This document shows, piece after piece, positions 12,511 to 24,460 of a stretch of DNA of 64,000 bases; within the stretch, counting starts at the first letter, position 1, and each line of letters opens with the position of its first letter. Under the pieces are notes generated by a model. It was not told the origin of the DNA. It made no database searches and saw nothing but the letters and a program-made list of their open reading frames with translations. The position numbers and the translations under genes were made by a program. Source of the stretch: Vicugna vicugna (Eukaryota). The stretch lies in the NCBI GenBank assembly GCA_013265495.1, contig MU058423.1, forward strand, positions 4,448,793 through 4,512,792. Direction: 5' to 3'.

Positions 12511-13324
12511 AATATTTCAGTTAGAGTGGAGAGAAAAAAATTAAGGGGAGTGAGGGAAAAGAAAATGCAACATAAACCTGGCAATTTCTAAGTGGGAAGT
12601 TCATAACTGAGACAGTATCTATCATGGTTATTCTCTTAACCAAAAATGCAAATGATTTAAACAATTTAATCTCTTTAAACAAAATTTTTTATCCTAATGT
12701 CATTGGTAAAGATATTAGTAGTGTAAAAACATTTTAATGTTATAATCTGCCATAATGAAAACCATAAATAATACTGTAGGAACATAATAATCTGGCTATA
12801 ATTATTGTTAATTTACTTTTCTATTATTATTTAGTTATACTTAATGATTGATTCAACTTTTAAATATTGATATAACACTTTGCAACCATTATGTTTAATA
12901 AATTCAGAAATTCTATGATATATAGATAAGCCTATTATTGCTTTTGCAAATGAAGAAGTAGTTAATGTAGGAATATCTCAAAGGAGTGAAAGAGGCAGAA
13001 GTCAAAGTCTGACTTTATAACCACAGGAATCACATAGCTCACCTACACCTACTTTCCTTGAGAAAAAAGAGAAATCTTTATCACAATCCATGGGAAATAA
13101 ACAAACAGCATCATTTGGGTAAGGTATCAATAAGGGAAATCAGAAGGAAACAGCGTAACAAGGTAGATCCATTTCTGCGGGACCTCTCATTCTGGTTAGT
13201 TTCTCCATTAAGAATATTTGCTATTTACTATCATACCCTCTTAGTCACTTAGCACTGCTTTATAGCCTTTACTTCCTATCAACTGTCAAAAAATCTCTTC
13301 AGAAAATTTTAGTTCTCTTCAGAG

Positions 13325-13976
13325 TGTATGGGGGCTTTATAATGTGTCAAGTTGGTTAGGCTAAGCAACGTTGCTCAGAATTCTCTTTCTTATACATTTC
13401 CAGCTACAATGGGCCCAAAAAAGATTCTTTTGCAAGCTTTGGAGGATGTAGATGAGAAGGCACCATTTGTTAGTTCACACATCTCTCTGACGTGCTGAAG
13501 CACCCTGTTGGCCTGAGCCAGCAGCTATGCCGGAAACTGCTCCAGCTATCCTGGGTTTTCCTTCTGCTTCTCTGACTCCTGGGGCAAAGGTGTGTCAAGC
13601 TTTGTAATGAAGTGCTCTGGCTTCTGCAGGACACCCACACTACCAGTCACAGGCAACAAGAACCAGGCATGCAGCTTATCCTCATGACTTCTGCTCCTGC
13701 TTATGGGTTCCAGCTTCTTTTTATTCTTCTTCATCTTCCTTTCATCTTCCTTTCCTGACTCTACGTGGCTTGTGGACTTAAGGTTTCACCACCAAATGTG
13801 AAGAATAAGCCTCACAGAGATTGCTCAACTAACTCCACCTCCCACAATTGTATGAGGTCAATTCCCTGTAACAAATATCTATCTATCCATCCATTTATTT
13901 ACCTATCTATGTATCTATCTATCACCTATCTATTTACATCTCCTAGTGGTTCTGTTTCTCTGATGATATCCTGACA
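13325..13976 (+). mobile_element. 5' LTR (MLT2E/F-like)
   Basis: TG...CA termini, start tgtatgggggctttataatgtgtcaagttgg, (TCTA)n tract, end gtggttctgtttctctg...ctgaca. Confidence 0.85.
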
Positions 13977-13981
13977 GAATT

Positions 13982-13999
13982 TGGCACTGGAAATGGGGT
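13982..13999 (+). other. Primer-binding site, tRNA-Leu(TAA) type
   Basis: TGGCACTGGAAATGGGGT matches TGGTACCAGGAGTGGGGT at 13 of 18 positions, 5 nt after the LTR end. Confidence 0.75.
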
Positions 14000-16900
14000 G
14001 GCTCCAGAGAAACAAAATCTTAAAGATGAGTTCTTTATATTGGCTCTAGTTTTCCAGAATTGGTTCTCTGATGTGGTTAAGTTTAAAGACAGTGATACTG
14101 TATCCCATGATAAAGTGGGCACTGGTTATTAGGACATGCAGAGACAACACAGGCAACACAGTGACTCAATTCATGATGTTTGGATGCCTGTGATCAAGTG
14201 CCTTTAGAAGGGAAGGTTCCGAGTAGCCCTCTTACAGTAAAAATACAGAGTATAATGGGACTGGTCAATTGCTTTAAACGTGCTGGAGAACTTGAAGCAA
14301 GAAGTTATAAAGAGCTCACAGCGCTTTAAATTTTCAACTCCAGTTCCACATAGAACACTTGGAACTTGGTATGACTATCCCGAGGAAAACTCTTATCTCC
14401 TGCAAAGGTGGGATCAAGATATCTGGAAACCAAACCCAAAGCCTAATCCTATAGGTGGCTGAACTATAATGCAAACTGTATCTCCAACCATGAAGAGTCT
14501 CTTTTCTTAAAGTTATGACACTGATTGGGAAGGACTGAAATCCTGAAAATTGGGATGGAATGTATGGGCAGATTCTGATTACCCAGTCTCCTAAAATCTT
14601 CTGAGGCTTCTTTGCCAGTGGAATCAATCCTTCCATCCCTGCCTGGGTTAGTCTTCCTTTTATTAAAGAGTTTGTAATGGCCTCCCCTAATAGAGTTGCC
14701 TTGCAAGGCACTGCTATCATCCTTGGGACCTACCTTTTCTGGCCTTCAAGATCGATAGCCAGACTCAAGTCCTGAAAGGCCCCAAAGAGCATGCTACAAA
14801 TCATCACCTGGGATAAGGTGCAATATCCACCAAGATAGCTGCATAATTTGTTAATTTGTTTTGATAGAAATATGAAGAGTATGTACGAATAGATCTTACA
14901 CGTGTAGGATCAAGATAGAAGGAATATAAAGTTGTATCAGGCATAAAATGTTGCTCTAGGCCCCCTAAGGAGAGATTCTAGATTTACTGTTTTAAGCAGA
15001 GGAGCTAGAAATGGCCCTAACTTTTTTTGGTAGGTTGGTTGGAATATGGATCCAAAACAACCTATACCAGACAAGTTAAAAGGCCGTAACTTTCATGAAA
15101 TTCCATAGAGGAAGGCATCTGAAGGCTTAAGGTGATTGGAATACTAAAGTGTTTTTTGCATCTAAGATCTGTTTGCCCACTTTTCATGAAGTTATGAGAA
15201 ATAAGTTAGTGAGAGGATTCCTGGCATCCTTGAAGAGCTTTGTGATAGCTCTTCTCTGTAGGTCAGAAATCACAGTTAGAGCTACTCCCACAGAACTGGC
15301 TTCCTGAAATACACTGGGGATGATGGGATTACAGGGACTGAGAAGAACACTTAATCTCCAAAAACAAAGGGGTGGCATGATTACCATAATGGACACTGCG
15401 GCCAGTGCAGGCACCAGACTAGACGGACTCACAGGGACCTTCGGCCTTGGCCAGGTTACTTAATATTTTCAAGGGGGATGGTTGTAGGCGTAGTGAACAG
15501 AAATCTAATTTGAAATCTGACCAAAACAGAATCATAACTCCTCCATCAACTCTTAGACTAAAGTCAGTTCATACAACAAGAACCTTTTGAATGGAAGGGA
15601 GGCCCAGTTCCCTTAAGAAAAGACCCTGTTTCACTGCCAAAATTTTATACTGTTGCTCTTTTTCCTAGACTTCCCCAAAGGGATATGTGACCGTTTTTCA
15701 GTGTAACTATAAATTGTGGAGGGGAAATAATCAGACATTCTGGATATTAATGGAAATTGGCTCAGAACTAACACTAATTCCCACAGACTTAAACCACCAC
15801 TGTGGCCCACCAGTTAGTGCAGGGTTGCGAAGAGGTCAGGTAATCAAGTTTGACTTAGGACCAACTCACAATGGCCCTTACGGGTCTCCAACGAACTCTC
15901 TGACTATTACCTTCGTTCTAGAATGCATAACTGAAATACACACACAGTGGTTCCCTGACCGCTGGAGTTAGAGCAATTACACTAGGGAAGGTCAAATGGA
16001 GGCCATTATAACTGCCTCTATTTATGAAAACGGTAAAACAAAGGTAACACTCCACTTCTAGAGACATTTCCAAGATTACTGCCACAACGGAGGACTTGAA
16101 ACTCACAGAGATGGTGACTCCCTTTCAACCTGCCTGTTCAGCTTGTGCAGAAGACAGGTGGATTTTGGAGAATGACACTGAATCATGGTAAACTCAGTCA
16201 GGTGGTGACTCCAACTGCAGTTGCCGTTGCAGATTTTATTTCTTTTTTTCTAGAGCAAACCAACACATCCCCTAGCACCCGGTATGCAGCTATTGATACA
16301 ATAAATATTCTTTTTTTCTCTATACCTAGCAGTAAAGACCAGCAAAGAAGCAGTTTTCTTGCAACTGACAAGGCCAGTAATATACCTTTGCTGTTCTACC
16401 TGAGTGGCACACCAATAGTTCAGAGCTATGTCACGATTTAGTTTGCAGGAATTTGATCACCTTTCCCTTCCACAGGACACTGAGTTGGTCCACTGCACCG
16501 AGGATATTATGTTCTGGTAAGCAGAAAGTAGCAGCTATCTAGACGAGTTGGTAAGACACTTGTGTATGAGAGGGTGGGGAATTTAACTGATGAAAATTCA
16601 AGGGACTGTCTGTCATCTTGGTGAAATTTCTAAAGGTGCAATGGCTTGGGGAATATCAACTTATCTCTTGGAAGGTGAAGGAAATTTGCTGCCTCTGGCC
16701 ACTAAGGAAGTGGTGTGTCATCCGATGAGCTGCTTTGGATTCTGGAGCGCCATGCATGTTATCTGGGCATGCTGCTCTGACCCCTTTGTTGGGTTATCCG
16801 AGAAACTGCCAGTTTTGAGTGAAGCACAGAATAAGAGAAGGTTCTGCAACAGGTCCAGACTGCCCCTGAAGCTGCTCTACTACTTAGGACATATGGCCCA

Positions 16901-18729
16901 GCAGATCCAATGGTACTTGCGTCAGCAGTGAAACAGGGATGCTGTTCAAAGCTTTTGGCAGAACTTAATCACAGTACATAGCCTTAGAATTTTGGAGCAA
17001 TGCCATGCTCTCCTCTGGTGATACCTTCTCTTTTAAAAAACAGCTTTTGGATTACCACAGGCCTTTAGTAAAGACTGACCATTTGACTATGGACTACCAA
17101 CCTACTGTCTAACCTGAAGTGCCCATCATGAATTGCATGTGGTGCCTGGTTCTGCAAACCATGAATCTGGGTGTGCACAGCTATACTCCATCATCAAATG
17201 TAAATAGTAACACACAACATCTTGTCCAGGAAGGTCCTGAAGGCACAGGTGAGTTACATGAGCTTAGATGCCTGTTGTCCCTCCTGTCACTAGAGACACA
17301 GATGCTCATCATCCCTACTCCTGCTACATTACCTTCTCTCTCTCCTCATGTATGATGATCTCATAGGGACTTCACCTGACCATCTGATTGAGGAAGAAAA
17401 ACCTTGGGCTTGTTTTACTGATGGTTCTCCAAGATATTCATGCACAACCCAAAAGAAAACAGCGTCAGCACTGCAGCCCCACTCTGGGATAAAGGACTGC
17501 GGTGGAAGCAAATCCCTCCAGTAGGCAGAACTCCGAGCAGTACTTCTGGTTGTTCATTTTTCCCAGGAAGAAGGGATGATAGGATGTATATAATATATCT
17601 ATGCAGTCTTTGAACTATAGCCAGTGGTTTGACTGGATATTCTGACACTTCAAAGGAACATGATGGTTAAATTGGTCATTAAGAGGTCTGAGGAAAGGGT
17701 TCTGTGGGAGACCATTCCAAATAAGCAGAGAGTTTGAAAATTTGTGTCCCATGTGAATGCTCATTAAAGAGTGACCGTAGTAGAGAATGATTTTTGTAAT
17801 CAGATATGACCCATTCTGCATGGAGACCCATGTTTCTCCAGCCACTGCCTAGTGGGCTCATGCACAAACAGCCATGGCAGCAGAAATGGAGGTTATACGC
17901 GGGCTCAGCACTATGGACTTCCTCTCAACATGGTTGGTCTGGCCATACCCACTGCTGAGTGCCCAATTTTAGCAGAGAACGGTTTCAGAGAACAACAAGA
18001 GCCCTGACGACACTCTTCCCTGGGGAATCACCCAGCTATGGCAGGTTATTTGCACTGGGATACTTCCATCACGAAAAGCGCAGCACCCATCTCTTCTAAA
18101 ATAGGTACTTACTCTGGATATGGATTTGTCTTCCCTAATGCCCCTGCAAAAACTATCAGCTCTGGACTTCAGACGCCTTATCCATCCTAATGGCATTCCA
18201 CACAGCATCATTCGGACCAAGGAATTTATTTCACACACACAAAAACGAAGTATAGTAGTGGGTTCATGTTTATGGAATTCATGGGTCTTACTGTGTTCCC
18301 CAACCTCATGAAGCAGCTGGTTTGACTGATGTGATGGCTATGTGAAAACCTGTGTTGGGGGTGGGAACACCTTGAGAACATCAGTGAAATGTCTTCTTGA
18401 AGGTAGCATATGCTCAAACTCAGCATCTAACCATGCTGTTCTCTTATAACCAGGATTTGCAAGTCCAGGAGTCAAATGGTAGGCATGGGAGTGATTCTTT
18501 TCACTCTAAGTGACCTACTAGCAGAAAAAAATTTTTTTGTTCCCCAACTTCTTGATTTTAGGGTCTGCTGGGCACACAAAAAATGATTCCATTCACCTGG
18601 TAGTTGAAACTGCTGTCTGGACACTTTGGTTTCCTTATGCCTCTGATTCAACAGGCAAAGAAGAGGATTATTCTACTGGCTGGTGTGTTTGATCCTGACT
18701 ATGAAGACGAACTAGACCACTACTACACA

Positions 18730-18915
18730 AAGTTCTAGCACTAGATGTAAAGTCAACAGCCTTACAGAGAGAACCAACTTAAGAGCCCAAATCTGTAAGG
18801 TAAAATCCTTATAGCAAAACTGTATCTCTACCTGCCTATCTATCCGTCTACCTGTCTCTGTATGTCTCTAGTTTCCTGATGATTCTGCTTTTTTGACTGG
18901 ACCCTGATTGATACA
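18730..18915 (+). mobile_element. Truncated 3' MLT2-type LTR
   Basis: TCTA-like tract followed by gattctgcttttttgactggaccctgattgataca. Confidence 0.7.
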
Positions 18916-20280
18916 AAGTATAAATAAATGTTAAATGACTACAGAGAAATCAGTGTTACTTTTTAATGAAAGTCAAATCCTTAAGCTACTGAAGAAGTGC
19001 TTTTGGAAAAGGGCTTTTGGACTAGTAATCACTAAGATCAGAAAAGATGTTTTCCCAGTAGGATCCACTACGTGTTTTTCAAGGAAAAAATGTACATTAA
19101 CCTGAACAGGCTAAATAGGATCTGTAGCTTGGGTGAGCCTAGTTAGTTCAACAGTACCAAGTCTTAGGAAAATGTTTTCTGTGTCTCAAATGGCTGCAGT
19201 AGGACCTCCAGGACACTCTGTTTTATATTGAGGGTTGCCTGTGTGAGGCAATTTATGGAAGGAACCAGGAAAGATGATCACTCAACAGAGGGAAAAAAAT
19301 CAAAACAGAAAATTTTAGAGAATATGTCTTTCTGATAATATGTTTTGTACTGTCTTTTGGCCTTGGAGAAATTGTTTGAGACCATTTTTTGTTTGTTTTC
19401 AGAAACTGTTTAGGATGAAATTTTTAGATCTGTAAACAATAATGGGGATGTGGCCTACTTTGTGTTATCAAGTAATTACTGTGATGAGGTAGATAATACT
19501 TCTCAAAATCTCACTAGTATAATGACTATTCACCTAGATTTTTCAGTGTCAGTAAACACTGAGACATACAGAATTAGCCCATGCAAAGGCAGTGTGACTG
19601 TCCCATGGACAAAGGATGAAATATGCAGTTGACACGCCTTGTGGCCCTTGTTTCAGGACTTTATCTGCGATTATGATAAACAAATGAGGCCACCTAATGT
19701 TAGCTTCACAGTCACTTCACAAATATCCTAATTTTATCTCAGAATTCATGAAAACAACTGATTTTTGTTATTTAACACTTTAATGTTCAAATTTCAGACA
19801 CCTTATTTTAATGGGTGTCTGGTGCTTTCTGTTCTTAAACCAGGAGGTACATTCCATGTTCCATATCTCCTTTCAGAAACAGGCTCATTTAATCATTTCA
19901 ATCAATCACAGCCTACGATCAAAATAATGTCATGAATTATCAGTTCATCCACGTGTACCGGTCCAGCATTCTGGACTCCAGGAAACATGGAGCTTGAGAA
20001 AGAAACATTTATACTTAGAATCACACAATAAAATATTCAGCCCCTTTCTCCTCACTTTCTTCTTGAATCAACCAAATTGTCAAAGCACAATAGCTTCTGA
20101 AAGATTCATTCAAGTATTTATCTGTCAAAGGATGTCAGGATGGCCTCCATCCTGAAGGAATTTCAAACTCTAGAACTATATTTCCAGCAAGGCTTGCAGC
20201 ATTATTTTGCAAGCCTCTTTACCATATTTTTTTGAATATAATACCCCCCAGGTATTTTCCTTCCCACTTCAATCTTGAGG

Positions 20281-20311
20281 ATATATATATATATATATAA
20301 AATATATATAT
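20281..20311. repeat. (TA)n microsatellite
   Basis: Interrupted AT dinucleotide run. Confidence 0.9.
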
Positions 20312-20748
20312 TTTATTTGGTTGGTTGGTTTTTACTCCAAGTTATTTTCACAGCAGTGAGCTGCTTCGGTTGTTGACAAAAGTAGTCGCAGCTTGAAAGG
20401 GATATGAAAGACTGTTCGCCGAAAGAGAAAGCAAGAGTGTGTACAGACTTAGTAACAATGCTTGAGTGATTTGATACGGAGGAAATTTAGATGTAAACTG
20501 CAGCGGCTTTAGTCCCTGGGGCGGCCGTAATTTATTCCTCTAACTTTTATCTTCTACTGACCATCGTTTCTGCCTAGCCTATTTGAGGAATAAAACATTC
20601 ACTTAGGAGGCCACAGAAAGTAAGCCCCGTATGTCATGAGCAAAGCCCACTGGGGTCCTGGGCGCGGTGGGGGGCGGGGTGTGGGTAAGACGGCGTCCAG
20701 GTGACAAGGTCTAACCTCTTCTGTCCTGCTAAGTCTAGTTTCACTTGC

Positions 20749-20920
20749 CTTTAGGCGGCCGAGTGCGGAGGCCTTGCGCCCAATACGTCGGACTGGAGAG
20801 CCGCTGTCCCTGTCCCCGCCACTTGGGAGCAGGCGTGTGGAGACTGTGCAGAGAGGAGCTGCCCACGGCCGCACCTCGGTTCAAGATGGCGGCGGCGTCC
20901 TACGTGCGGAGACTCCGAAG
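20749..20920 (-). other. Candidate non-coding first exon of a minus-strand transcript
   Basis: Contains GCCGCCATCTTG and ends at AAG|GCAAGT, a consensus GC-type donor (intron starts at 20748); TSS position is a guess. Confidence 0.45.
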
Positions 20921-20999
20921 TGCCGGGGGCATTGGACTGCACGCTTCTCGCGAGAACTGCACGTCCAGTCCACCCCCCCTCCCCCAACAAGAACCCTGA

Positions 21000-21162
21000 G
21001 AAACAGCCCCGGCAGCGCCCTGAGGGGAAAGCGGGTGTCTAGAACCCAACTCCTACTTCTCCATTTCCGGATCACCGAATAAAGCTTTCCTTTGCGTCTG
21101 AACTAACTCGGTCTCCAGGGACACCGGGCAGAAGGACACCGGTTGGGGACCCACTCGGGAGG
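21000..21162 (+). other. Candidate first exon of a divergent plus-strand transcript
   Basis: Ends at donor AGG|GTAAGT (intron starts at 21163) at the island edge; start is a guess. Confidence 0.4.
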
Positions 21163-22029
21163 GTAAGTAGTAAACGCTACGTGAGGGCGGGGGCTTGAGT
21201 CGTAAAGCAGTTTTTCTTCTGAAGATTCGCCTCGTTTTAGCGATTACAGAGATGATTACGGGAGAATTCTAAGCGTTCAGGTCATCTCAGCAGTTTTAAG
21301 AATTCAGAGGGTAACTTTCTCAGCATGGAAAATCTGGAACATAATTTGAAGTAAAATCATTAGAAACATTGTTTTCTAATACATTTCACAGCTTATCCAT
21401 GCTGAGCCATGTAAAGAGGGGGAGTAAATACAACAAAAACAGCATTTTGTCCCTGACCATATTGGTAATTAGAATATTATGAGAACTAGTAAACAACTTG
21501 AGAGTGGGTTGCAAGCACTGATGTGGGCCAGCACGTTATTACCAGTCAGTTGCCACTGCATGTATCTGAGCTCCTAATGAGAATTGTGACCGTTGCCAAA
21601 TGAAATACATACAGCCTCGTGGCTTAATAGCTGGTCCTTATGTAAAGGGGTTTAATAAGGGGTGTAAGAGAGAGTTTCGTGTCGCTTGCTTTTCTAATCA
21701 GTGGAATATGAATGAATATCGCATGGAAAATGAGTAAAGAAAAGATGACATTGGTATTAAAAAGAAAAAATATTTCTGTCTCATTCAAATCCATTTGTTT
21801 GTTTATGAGCTCAGTATTCACCTGGAAGTTTACCAAATCATGAGATATTTCTGAGTGACAAGAATGGGTTTTTTTTTTCATAATTTGTTGTAAATTAATG
21901 TTTGGTTCTGATTTACATAGTTCATTTATTTGATAGATAAGTTGTGGTAAAATTCCTCTTTAGTAGGCATGAATCAAAAAGCCTTTTAGTGTGATCCTTC
22001 AGAATAGAAGCCTTGATGACAAGCACAAT

Positions 22030-22242
22030 TGGCCATGAACTTCACCTCTGCTACTTACTAAATGTGTGTGATCTTGGGCAAATATCTTAGCTTCTCTGAA
22101 TCTCAGTTTCTTTATCTATAAAGTAAGGCTAAAACCATAGTCTTTATTTATAAATTTATGTAAAAATAAAATGAAGCAATGTATAGAAAATGCTTAGCAC
22201 AGTATCTGGCACATAATAAAAGCTCAATAAATGTTTGCTATT
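22030..22242 (+). mobile_element. MIR SINE
   Basis: ctctgctacttactaaatgtgtgtgatcttgggcaaat...ctcagtttctttatctataaa...ctcaataaatgtttgctatt. Confidence 0.85.
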
Positions 22243-22877
22243 TTTAAAAGTTGCAAGCTTACATAAGCTTGCAACATTCATAGTATACTTACAGAATTTA
22301 GATCCATAATAAGTTGTTTTTTTTTTAATGGAGCAAGGACCCACAATTTTAGATACAGTATAACTATGTAAAGAAATTTCAGATTGGATTAAAATGAGTT
22401 CATTTTTCCCTGAAGGTACAAATGAGATGAACAAGGACATCAGAATGAAATATAAAGATAATCAGCTGATAATCTAATAGCTTGAAACCAGATGAGGGTA
22501 GTGAAGAGCTGTCTAGGTAGAAATGACTCTTCTGAGCAGGCAAGGAGTGTTAGAGAGGTTGGAATGGGGCACAGGTAAAAGATGGCAGAACACAAGGAGG
22601 GATGCACATCAGGCCACAGACAATAAGTCAGAATTAAAAGCCTGGGAGAATAATCATCAAGTGATAGTTAAAGAATGAGAGCAATCTTTGGAAATCGACC
22701 CAGAGGCTCGCTGAGGGACCACATCAGCTGAGCCATACAAGGACTCAGGGGCAAAATGATAATAAGCCCGTTTATTCACTCACCTACTATGTGCCAGGAG
22801 CCCGACTAGTTAGGAGAATGAAACAGTATAGTCACAGAGACAGTGTGAGTTGGAACTCTGAAGCACTTCCTAGTTTC

Positions 22878-23200
22878 TATTTATTCATTCATTTTTAAAA
22901 TTTTATGCTACGCTATATTCTAGACACTGAATATGCAATATTAAACAAAGAAAAAAAATCCCTACCCCCATAGAACTTATATTCTAGTGGGAGAAAGGCA
23001 CACATTCAACAAAAAATAAATAAAATATGTTACCTGTACGTTGGCAGTGAATGCTGAGCAGGAAGGCAAGCAGGACGTGTTGGGGGAATCGAGCTCAAGG
23101 AAGCCTCCCTGAAAAGTTACATTTGAGCAAACACTTGAAGGAGAGGTGGGAGCACACCACGTGGCTGTCTTGAGAAGTCGCATTCCCTAGTGGTGTGAAT
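22878..23200 (-). mobile_element. L2 LINE 3' end
   Basis: ttattcattcatt...aacttatattctagtggga...aggaagcctccctgaaaagttacatttgagcaaacacttgaagga. Confidence 0.8.
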
Positions 23201-23699
23201 GCCAATTTAAGAGCCGGCTGGCTTGCCAGGAGACCTACCGTCCCAGGGGCAGATCAGCCTTCCGCAGAGGCCGGGCCTGTGGAAGAACTGCCAGTCCAGG
23301 CTAGAGGGAGGGTCTGCTGAACACCAGAGTGTCTTTGGTCGGTGGGAACCGCACTGAGGTTGAGACCGTCAGGCAGGACTCCCACGCCCCGGCCAAGTCA
23401 GAGAGACCAAGCCGTGAATGGCAGCCAGAAACTGAGTCCCCAAACGGCAGCAGGGCCAGTCTATCCCCGTGGGCAGATCCCAAGCTGGACCTGCATTTAG
23501 GCACCGAGTCTCATCTCTCCTGCCAAGTCCACAAGGATGTTTCTTCAACTTCCACAATGTAAAAAGGGTTAGGCGTTTTCTTTTTAGTTTTCTGTAAGTT
23601 TGTTCTAGTTGCCCTTGTCTTTCTTTCCTACCTTAGACATATGCTTATTCCTTTTATTTTTTTCATTTAATTTTTTTTTCTATTCTTGTTCCAAAATGA

Positions 23700-24460
23700 T
23701 TTTCCGAGTAAGATGTTCTAACAGCGGTGTACATGACAATTATTACTTGTCTCATCCAGTACTTTCTGTCCTTCTGGGAAGCACCTTTCCCCTTTCCAAT
23801 GATGTGAATCTAGTGGGATTTTCCATGATGATGATGATGACGATTCCTTTAAAATAATACTTACTATTTTATTGAGCATTTACTATGTACCAGGTACTGT
23901 GCTAATCACTTTATGTACATGCATTCATTTCATACTCAGAAGAACCCTGTGATTTGGGAACTAGTACTTCTTCCATGTTACAAATGAGAAAGTGGAGACT
24001 TGGAGAAGTTAGGTAACTTTTCCAACATCACGCAGCCAATATACAGTGGGGCCCAGACCTGTTCTTACAAGCACCACATAACAGTGCTTATTCTGGGGTG
24101 GTTATTGGCACCAAACTGGCCCAGTGACGACAGCTTCCTGCAAAACCTCAATTGACTGTTCTAATGAGGAGCACGTGGCCCAAACCAGTAACTTGTCTTT
24201 TACAAAAGAAAAAACTGAGGAAGAAATATTAGTGGTACTCATAGTAGGAAGAGGAGGAAGGTAAGTTGAGAGTTTCTGGCAACCGTATTTTCTATCAGAT
24301 GGAAGAAGTCAGACTAAGAGAATGTAGCCAAGATTAGCAATTTGGAGAATGTAGGAGTATTCTGTTGTTCTGTCCGTGGGCTTCCACTGCTCCTGAGGTC
24401 TAGCAGCATTCCTGCTGCTACATAATATCATTCAAGTTGGGTTTCTGTCACTTGTCACCT
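23700..24460 (+). mobile_element. Old MLT1-type LTR, apparently split by a MIR-like segment (about 23850-24060, minus)
   Basis: 3' end caagttgggtttctgtcacttgt; MIR segment ttattgagcatttactatgtaccagg...aaatgagaaagtggagact. Confidence 0.5.

Larger units (their letters stand above)
13325..18915 (+). mobile_element. Decayed ERV-L provirus with MLT2-type LTRs (gag, pro, RT, RNase H, IN, dUTPase; no env)
   Basis: Protease NNQTFWILMEIGSELTLIP...HHCGPPV (about 15720-15820); RT QKTGGFWRMT...QVVTPTAVAV...YAAID (16145-16441); YxDD decayed to VHCTEDIM (16488-16511); RNase H FTDGS (17414); integrase LIHPNGIPHSI (about 18180); dUTPase-like GHFGFLMPL...DPDYE (about 18620-18705); many stops and frameshifts. 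Confidence 0.95.
20600..21260. promoter_or_regulatory. CpG-island promoter, probably bidirectional
   Basis: Densest CpG cluster in the window; GC boxes at about 20671 and 21185; YY1 site CAAGATGGCGGC at 20882-20893; TCTCGCGAGA at 20946-20955; ETS-like TTCCGG at 21065. Confidence 0.9.

Noticed and set aside
14280..18426. Cluster of ORFs suggesting a gene cluster
   Set aside because: All are broken ERV-L gag/pol frames or their antisense shadows
19797..20216. Short hairpins (cagacacc/ggtgtctg and aggcttgca/tgcaagcct)
   Set aside because: Arms of 8-9 bp with long loops are expected by chance in 64 kb and are too short for pre-miRNA
20886..20999. ATG in AAGATGGCG as the start of a protein (MAAASYVRR...)
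   Set aside because: The frame stops after 37 codons, before any donor; the sequence is better explained as a YY1 site
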